Shown here in pieces: positions 57,529-64,000 of a stretch of 64,000 nt of DNA (its first letter is position 1; each line of letters starts with the position of its first letter). Position numbers and translations under genes: made by a program. The stretch is from positions 1 to 64,000 of IMG/VR virus record IMGVR_UViG_2634166419_000001; one strand, given 5' to 3'. The stretch comes from a virus (taxonomy: Duplodnaviria > Caudoviricetes). A model generated the notes under the pieces. That model was not told where the DNA came from. It ran no database searches and saw only the letters and a program-made list of their open reading frames with translations.

Positions 57529-57954
57529 ATGGATATTATGGCAGCAATCGGTAAAGCCTTAAAGCAGGCTGTACCGGACATCAAAAAAATTTATCGCGAA
57601 AAAACCGAGCAAGGCTTTGTCGGCCATAGCTTTTATGTGTATCCCATCTTTGAGCGAGCAGCTGCTGAGATTAGTAACTATGAAATGCGCCGACTATCGT
57701 ATTGTGTCGTGTATTTTCCTGATGAGAGCAAACGTAATGTAAATGAGCAGCTAGACACTATGCGCGCGCAGCTAATGGCGAGCTTTACGCATCTACCTGA
57801 GGTCAATCTAAGACTTTTGGAGCGCGAGGCGACACCAGTAGATGGCGCGTTAAATTTTACCTTTAGTGTACGCTATCGAGGCCTTTATACGCAGGATGAG
57901 ACCTCGATGGCAACCTTAACACAGAAAGGAGGAGTTGCAGAAAATGGCAACTAA
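57529..57954 (+). CDS. Tail terminator protein
   Basis: IYRE..EQGF; position before sheath. Confidence 0.7.
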   Translation: MDIMAAIGKALKQAVPDIKKIYREKTEQGFVGHSFYVYPIFERAAAEISNYEMRRLSYCVVYFPDESKRNVNEQLDTMRAQLMASFTHLPEVNLRLLEREATPVDGALNFTFSVRYRGLYTQDETSMATLTQKGGVAENGN

Positions 57955-58135
57955 AAAAAAGAGCGAGGCAAAATCCGAGCCTACTTACAGCAAGTTAGAG
58001 ATTTTGCAAGCGACAGACGCCTTTACGCGCATCGAACGAGATTTTTTATCTGTCTACCTATCAGACGGAGAGGTCTACTCGATTACCGACGCGCGCGAGG
58101 TACTAAATAAAAAATTAAAGGAGGCTATTAAATAA
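57944..58135 (+). CDS. Small pre-sheath protein
   Basis: SD AAGGAGG; coupled to sheath gene. Confidence 0.65.
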   Translation: MATKKKSEAKSEPTYSKLEILQATDAFTRIERDFLSVYLSDGEVYSITDAREVLNKKLKEAIK

Positions 58136-59439
58136 TGGCTGGAGGTATTTGGACAGCGCAGGACAAGGTACGTCCAGGCGCTTATATCAATGTACAAGGC
58201 AATGGTAAGGTCGGCACTAGCTCTGCAGTTAGCGGCATCATGACCATCCCATTACCTTTAAAATTTGGACCAGTTGGCAAGGTCCTAGAGTTAGATGCAA
58301 CAAGTGATTTAACAATTTTAGGTAACACGTTGAGCGATCCTGAGTTACTGTTAATACGTGAGGCATTTAAACGCGCAAGCAAAGTCTTGCTTTACCGTGT
58401 AGGTGGTGGGACAAAAGCGACTAAGACAGAGGGCACTTTAACTGTTACTGCACAATATCCAGGCACACGCGGAAATGCTATCTCAGTGGTGGTTACTGCT
58501 AATGTTAACCCCGAGTCGACTTTTAATGTGGTGACTTACCTTGACGGAGTAGCAGTAGACACGCAAACAGTCAAGAAAGTGGAAGAGTTACAAGCTAATA
58601 AGTTGGTTACGTTTAGCGGTACTGGAGCAGCCGCTAAAGCAACCATCGCTTTAGAGGGCGGTACCGATACGGAAGCGCAAGCCAACGATTACGCGAAATA
58701 TTTTGAAGCTATCCAAGTGTACGAATTTAACACGATGGCGCTACCTATCTCTGATGATGGAATTAAGGCAACCGCAGCAGCCTTTATCAAACGATTACGT
58801 GATGAAGAGGGCTACAAAGTGCAGTTAGTGGTGGCTAACCATGATGCTAACCACGAGGCAGTGATTAACGTATCTAATGGGGTTGTTTTAGCAGACGGAA
58901 CCAAGTTGACAGCGGAACAGTGTACTGCTTGGGTGGCTGGAGCAACTGCAAGTGCTGGTGTGGCTGGAAGTTTAACGTATGCCACTTACGACGGTGCAGT
59001 TGACGCGAACCCTCGCATGATTAATAGCGACATTATTGACGCGTTAAAAGCTGGTAAGTTTATTTTTACCGAAAAACGCGGAACCGCAGTCGTCGAACAA
59101 GACATTAACAGCTTGCATACCTTTACCAAAGAAAAAGGTAAGGACTTTAGTAAGAACCGTGTCTTACGTGTATTAGACGACATCGCGAACAGCTCTAAAA
59201 AGACCTTTGAAGATAATTACATCGGCAAGGTTAACAATAACACAGACGGTCGTGAGTTATTTAAAGCAGACCGCATCGGCTACTTTGATCGTTTAATGGG
59301 TATGGGCGCAATCGAAAACTTTGTGCCGGATGACATTACCATCGCGCAAGGCGATAGCAAAGACAGCGTATTGCTAGATGTTAAAGTCCAACCAGTAGAC
59401 GCAATGGAAAAATTATACATGACGGTAGTCGTCGAGTAA
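58135..59439 (+). CDS. Tail sheath protein (XkdK-like)
   Basis: MAGGIW..QDKVRPGAYIN, NRVLRVLD, PVDAMEKLY. Confidence 0.92.
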   Translation: MAGGIWTAQDKVRPGAYINVQGNGKVGTSSAVSGIMTIPLPLKFGPVGKVLELDATSDLTILGNTLSDPELLLIREAFKRASKVLLYRVGGGTKATKTEGTLTVTAQYPGTRGNAISVVVTANVNPESTFNVVTYLDGVAVDTQTVKKVEELQANKLVTFSGTGAAAKATIALEGGTDTEAQANDYAKYFEAIQVYEFNTMALPISDDGIKATAAAFIKRLRDEEGYKVQLVVANHDANHEAVINVSNGVVLADGTKLTAEQCTAWVAGATASAGVAGSLTYATYDGAVDANPRMINSDIIDALKAGKFIFTEKRGTAVVEQDINSLHTFTKEKGKDFSKNRVLRVLDDIANSSKKTFEDNYIGKVNNNTDGRELFKADRIGYFDRLMGMGAIENFVPDDITIAQGDSKDSVLLDVKVQPVDAMEKLYMTVVVE

Positions 59440-59454
59440 GGAGGTAAGTAAGAT

Positions 59455-59919
59455 ATGGGATTTTTAAATGCTAATGATGTGATCAACGGTCGTGAGGGCA
59501 CTGCCTTTATTACGATTGACGGTAGAAACATTCCGATGTTTTTCCTCAAAAATATTGAGGCGACTGTTGAGTTAAATAAAGCTGAGGTACCTGTTTTAGG
59601 TACACGAATGGTCCAACAAAAAGTGACCAATGCCTCAGGTAGCGGCTCGATGACCATCCATAAAGTGACAAGTGAGTTTGCTAAAATCGGTGTTGATTAC
59701 TTAAAATCAGGTCGTATCCCAGACATCACGATTAAAGTCACTAATGATGACCCTCAATCGTCAGTCGGTCGTCAATCGACTTTATTAAAACACGTTATTT
59801 TAGATAGCGTGGTCATTGCTAAATTAGATGTTGAATCCGATACTTTGGACGAGGATTGTGACTTTACATTTAACGACGCAGATTTATTGGAAACATTTGT
59901 AGAGCCTACCTTGTTATAA
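59455..59919 (+). CDS. Tail tube protein (XkdM-like)
   Basis: D.INGREG, NDDP.S.VGRQ, FTF. Confidence 0.9.
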   Translation: MGFLNANDVINGREGTAFITIDGRNIPMFFLKNIEATVELNKAEVPVLGTRMVQQKVTNASGSGSMTIHKVTSEFAKIGVDYLKSGRIPDITIKVTNDDPQSSVGRQSTLLKHVILDSVVIAKLDVESDTLDEDCDFTFNDADLLETFVEPTLL

Positions 59920-59994
59920 TCGTATGGCTCTTTTTTGTGCAGCAGGAGTGCACTGCTGCTGCACACGTTTTTAATTTAAGGAGGACTAAAAACA

Positions 59995-60399
59995 ATGGCA
60001 GGAATTATTGATATTAAATCTTTTTTGGTTAAACCCGTAGCAGAGCGTCGTGAGATTAAGTTTGACCGCTTTGACGCCCCTTTTATCATTGAGAGCATTA
60101 CGGAGCATGAAAATGCACGCTTACGTAAGATCAGCACTACACAAAAGCGCAATCGCCAAGGGCAGACAGAAAAGTCTTTAAATACAGACTTGTATGTAGC
60201 TAACTTAATGGCACGCAGCGTGGTACAGCCTGATTTAAACAATGCTGAACTGCAAAGCTTTTTTGCTACCGAGGGCTCAGCAAGTGATACTTTGAGCGCT
60301 ATGTTACTACCAGGTGAGTATGCTAACTTGCAAGAAGCTGTGCTAGAGCTTAACCACTTTGATGACGAGTTAGAGGTTAAAGAACAAGTAAAAAAATAA
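59995..60399 (+). CDS. Tail assembly chaperone (XkdN-like)
   Basis: PDLNNAELQ, LLPGEY; ends at A AAA AAA. Confidence 0.85.
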   Translation: MAGIIDIKSFLVKPVAERREIKFDRFDAPFIIESITEHENARLRKISTTQKRNRQGQTEKSLNTDLYVANLMARSVVQPDLNNAELQSFFATEGSASDTLSAMLLPGEYANLQEAVLELNHFDDELEVKEQVKK

Positions 60400-60587
60400 T
60401 GCAGGATGAGGGGAGTGGCGACTTTTGGTATGCGTATCATGCTTATCACAATAACAATATGTTACCCTCTCAATATGCACGCCTCAGTACAAAAGAAAGA
60501 GGTATGATCATGGCCTTTATCGACTTAAAAATTGAGGCGGAGGAAAAGGAATATAAGAAAATGAAATCTCAATCTAAAAGGAGGTAA
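60399..60587 (+). CDS. Chaperone -1 frameshift extension
   Basis: -1 frame open from 60390. Confidence 0.72.
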   Translation: MQDEGSGDFWYAYHAYHNNNMLPSQYARLSTKERGMIMAFIDLKIEAEEKEYKKMKSQSKRR

Positions 60588-60592
60588 GGCCA

Positions 60593-63500
60593 ATGGCTAA
60601 GACATTAACAGCGACCCTTGCTTTGCGTGATAAGTTTACTAAGACTTTAAGTAAGATTGACTCAAGTCTTGCAGCAACTGTTCAACGTATGGAGGAGTTA
60701 AAGCAAAAGGCAACAGGACCTGCACAAGCCTTTAATACCTTAGCAAACAAAGCACAGAGCGCCATGAGTCGCCTGAGTAATGGTATTAAATCAGGCATGA
60801 GTGCAGCAAGCAACGTAGTCAAGTCGGGCGCGAGTCGCATTATTAGCTTATTTGGCAACTTTGGTAACCGTATTTCCAGCGCATTAAAATTAGACAGCGC
60901 TAAGAGTGCATTTAGCAATACATTTAACACATTTACAAGTACTGCCAAACGCGTCATGAGTAATGTCGTATCTAGCGTACAGACAGGCATGGCTAAAGTT
61001 GGGATGGCGATTAAAGCTAGCGCACCTTACTTTAAACAGTTTGGCCAAGACTTTAAAAAAGGATTTGTCCAATCAGGTCAAGTGGCTGTGGGATTTGGCG
61101 ACAAGTTGCTAAACGTGACTAAGGTTGCAGCTCTAGGTGGTGCGGCCGCAGTCGTTGGATTAGGTAAAAAGGTCTATGATGTGGCCGGTGGCTTTGACCA
61201 ACAAATGGCCAGAGTTAACGCGATTACTGATGAGGTTGGCGTGTCATACGCTGACTTACGTAAAAAGGCAATCGACTTAGGGGCACAGACAGCCTTTAGT
61301 GCGAAAGAGGCAGCCGCTGGTATGGAAAACATGGCATCTGCTGGTTTCAATACCAAAGAGATTTACGACTCGATGCAAGGGGTGCTTGCGTTGGCCGCCG
61401 TATCAGGTGGAGACGTGGCCCTTGCAGCAGAAAACAGTGCATCGGCTTTACGTGGCTTTGGATTAGAGGCAAGTCAAGCTGGTCACGTTGCGGATGTGTT
61501 TGCGCAAGCTGCAGCCAAGACGAACGCGGAAGTAGCTGACATAGGCGAGGCTATGAAATATATCTCGCCGGTGGCACATTCCATGGGCATCTCACTTGAA
61601 GAAACAGCCGCCGCGGTTGGTATCTTATCAGACAGTGGGATTAAAGGTTCCCAGGCCGGTACCTCTCTACGTGGGGCGCTCTCTCGTCTGGCTAAACCCA
61701 CAGACGCAATGCGCGAAACTATGGACGCGTTGGGGTTGTCTTTTTACGACTCAAATGGAAACATGAAATCTTTAGCAGACCAAGTCGGTATGTTAAAAAC
61801 AGCCTTTAAGGGCTTAACGCCTGAGCAACAACAAAATGCCTTAGTAACCTTGTACGGCCAAGAGTCATTATCAGGTATGTTAGCCTTAATCAGTGCAGGG
61901 CCTGAAAAATTGCGAGAATTGACTAAGTCCTTTGAGCAATCAGGTGGGGCTGCAGATAAGATGGCTCAACAGATGCAGAATAACCTACCATCTAAGATTG
62001 AGCAGATGTTTGGTGCGCTCGAATCTGTGGCTATCCGTATTGGTGACAAGCTGTTTCCAATTATCGCGCCACAAATTGAGAAGTTAACCGACTGGATTGA
62101 CAAGACTTTTAGTGAGGTCAATATTGATAAGTTTATCGACAATCTAGGCAAGTATGGCCAAGTGCTTGTAAGTACTTTTAACGATGTTAAAGGTCCAGTA
62201 TCAGAGGCTTTTGGCGCAGTCATGGACAGCCTAGACAAGCTTAACGGTAAGTTTGGCAGCGCTAAAAGTGTGGATAGATTTAAACAGACGATGGAGTCTG
62301 TAGGCGACGCAATTAAAGGCGTGGCCAAGTTTGCAGAAAATCATAGCGATGCCATTGCTAAAATCATCGACATGCTACCTAAACTGGTGGTCGGTTTTGC
62401 AGCCTTTAAAATTGGTAAAGGCGTGCTCAGTCCATTACTTAAATTTGGTGGGGGTCTAGCCTCAATGGCCAAAGCATCGGGTACACTAGTTAAAAATCTT
62501 GCCAAGCTTAAAAAGCCTAAAGTACCTAGTGTACCAAGTACGCCGAGTGCGCCTACACCAAGCACACCAACCGTACCAACAGCGCCGGACACGACTGCGG
62601 TCGATACCGCGGCTAACAGTGCACAGAGCGCGGCTGGTAAGTGGGTGCAATATGGCAAGGCACTATTTCTTGTGGGTGCTGGCGTGGCTTTAGTAGGTGC
62701 AGGATTTTGGCTTATGGCGGATGCTGCGACTAATCTAGCCAGTGCAGGTGGGGCTGCCATTGCTACATTCTTCGGCATGGTGGTAGCTATCGGAGCACTT
62801 CTCGCGGTCGTCGCTTATCTCGGACCACAGCTCTCAGCAGGTGCAGTAGGCATGTTGGCCTTTGGTGCAATGACTGTTCTAGTGGCTGCAGGTATGTGGC
62901 TTGCCTCAACCGCAGCGATACAGTTAGCCAGTGCAGGTGGTGTCGCAATTGCAGTGTTCTTTGGTATGTTCGTGGCAGTGGGCTTGCTTGCTGCAGTGTT
63001 TGCCGCTTTAGGTCCAGCCTTAACAGCTGGCGCTATTGGTATGCTAGCCTTTGGCGCGGCTATGGTGTTAGTAGGGCTCGCCCTTGCGATTGCTACACCG
63101 GCGCTGGAAGTATTACCGCCCGTTATTGAGGCACTCGGCACAGCCTTTGCTACTGCAGCAGAGGGCGTTGGTAACGCGGTCAACACGATTTTAGATGGCG
63201 TGTCTCAAGTAATCGACTCGATTGGTAATGGCTTGCGAAACGTATTAGACGGAGTGGCTGGTGTGTTTGACAGTATTGGTAATGCTGCTTTAAACGCTGG
63301 GAAAGGATTAAAAGCAGCCGCCTCTGGTCTTAAGACGATTGCAGGTATAGGCGCTTGGGGCTTAGCTAAGGCCTTGGGAGCATTGACCGCAGGGTTAGGT
63401 TCGTTAACCGCTCACAGTGGCGCGTTACAAGAGCTGGGCAGCGGCATGCAGACACTTGCTGCTGCGACAATGATGCTTGGTGCAGGTGTGGCGGTGTTTA

Positions 63501-64000
63501 GCGCCCTATCTAGTGCAATTATTAGTGTAGGTAGCGCTATGCAAGTCATGTCAGGCAACTTTACGACTTTTACAAGTCAATTGACTAATCTAGGCGCTAA
63601 CATCATGGTGGCTGTTCCGCCGTTTATGGTGTTGGCAAACGCAAGCACGCAATTAAGCGCGACCTTATTAGCTAGCATGGCTGGTATCACGATTTTTGCG
63701 AGTGCTTTAACTGTGTTAGTCGGTATGGCGAGCGTGGCAGGTGCGGCCGTAATGATGCTAGCTAGTGGCATCGCCTCAATCGGTGGCGCAATTGGCGCTT
63801 ATACAGGCGCAATCATGACCGCTGTTGCTATAACAATGTTGTTAGGTGCAACCGCTCAAATGGTGGCCGCCTTAGTTGTGGCAAGCTTTACCTCTAGTAT
63901 GGCACAAGCGAGTGCTGCGGTTACAAGTGGCATGTCGCAGATGACGGCTGCAGTTACCGCTGGTATGGCCATCGCTTTAAGTATCGTTACCGCTGGTATG
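60593..64000 (+). CDS. Tape measure protein (TP901 family), truncated by window end; missing from ORF track
   Basis: SD AGGAGG, MAKTLTATLALRDKF; TAFSAKEAA, GIKGSQAGTSLR; later Ala/Gly-rich hydrophobic repeats. Confidence 0.9.
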   Translation, partial: MAKTLTATLALRDKFTKTLSKIDSSLAATVQRMEELKQKATGPAQAFNTLANKAQSAMSRLSNGIKSGMSAASNVVKSGASRIISLFGNFGNRISSALKLDSAKSAFSNTFNTFTSTAKRVMSNVVSSVQTGMAKVGMAIKASAPYFKQFGQDFKKGFVQSGQVAVGFGDKLLNVTKVAALGGAAAVVGLGKKVYDVAGGFDQQMARVNAITDEVGVSYADLRKKAIDLGAQTAFSAKEAAAGMENMASAGFNTKEIYDSMQGVLALAAVSGGDVALAAENSASALRGFGLEASQAGHVADVFAQAAAKTNAEVADIGEAMKYISPVAHSMGISLEETAAAVGILSDSGIKGSQAGTSLRGALSRLAKPTDAMRETMDALGLSFYDSNGNMKSLADQVGMLKTAFKGLTPEQQQNALVTLYGQESLSGMLALISAGPEKLRELTKSFEQSGGAADKMAQQMQNNLPSKIEQMFGALESVAIRIGDKLFPIIAPQIEKLTDWIDKTFSEVNIDKFIDNLGKYGQVLVSTFNDVKGPVSEAFGAVMDSLDKLNGKFGSAKSVDRFKQTMESVGDAIKGVAKFAENHSDAIAKIIDMLPKLVVGFAAFKIGKGVLSPLLKFGGGLASMAKASGTLVKNLAKLKKPKVPSVPSTPSAPTPSTPTVPTAPDTTAVDTAANSAQSAAGKWVQYGKALFLVGAGVALVGAGFWLMADAATNLASAGGAAIATFFGMVVAIGALLAVVAYLGPQLSAGAVGMLAFGAMTVLVAAGMWLASTAAIQLASAGGVAIAVFFGMFVAVGLLAAVFAALGPALTAGAIGMLAFGAAMVLVGLALAIATPALEVLPPVIEALGTAFATAAEGVGNAVNTILDGVSQVIDSIGNGLRNVLDGVAGVFDSIGNAALNAGKGLKAAASGLKTIAGIGAWGLAKALGALTAGLGSLTAHSGALQELGSGMQTLAAATMMLGAGVAVFSALSSAIISVGSAMQVMSGNFTTFTSQLTNLGANIMVAVPPFMVLANASTQLSATLLASMAGITIFASALTVLVGMASVAGAAVMMLASGIASIGGAIGAYTGAIMTAVAITMLLGATAQMVAALVVASFTSSMAQASAAVTSGMSQMTAAVTAGMAIALSIVTAGM

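Larger units (their letters stand above)
36780..64000. mobile_element. Prophage 2, contractile-tailed temperate phage (continues beyond window)
   Basis: Integrase, switch, replication, head, sheath and tube genes; left boundary approximate. Confidence 0.95.

Noticed and set aside
60682-63771. Minus-strand and short ORFs in the track
   Set aside because: Shadows of the long plus-strand TMP that lacks a stop within the window; other antisense track ORFs overlapping clear genes were dropped likewise
60593-64000. Prophage 2 TMP as target of the intron nuclease
   Set aside because: Different TMP family; no LDNLKLGYGGT-like site in the visible part

Overview
Low-GC Firmicute chromosome (Enterococcus-like gene order) with two temperate prophages separated by ~3.8 kb of host DNA (truB, ribF, a small ORF, hemW). 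Prophage 1 (1..~32960; integrase lies left of the window) is a siphovirus with a helicase/primase replication module and portal-before-terminase head order. Prophage 2 (~36780..>64000) has a contractile tail (sheath/tube), a replisome organizer/DnaC module and an SPP1-like head. Best-supported discovery: the prophage 1 tape-measure gene is split by an intact 910-nt group I intron (21937..22846). Its HNH homing endonuclease appears to have its own promoter, an RBS-occluding hairpin and a terminator inside the ribozyme core. Other notable signals: a conserved antisense-RNA/anti-SD element in front of both lysogeny lipoprotein genes; a 14-bp GC-rich motif shared by the integrase leader and the end of xis; pseudoknots before both scaffold genes; a methyltransferase-like protein lacking the catalytic motif inserted between terL and portal; a G-tract-frameshifted methyltransferase replacing MazG; and a probable IS200/IS605 right-end remnant before arpU. 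All calls are by eye; no searches were run.
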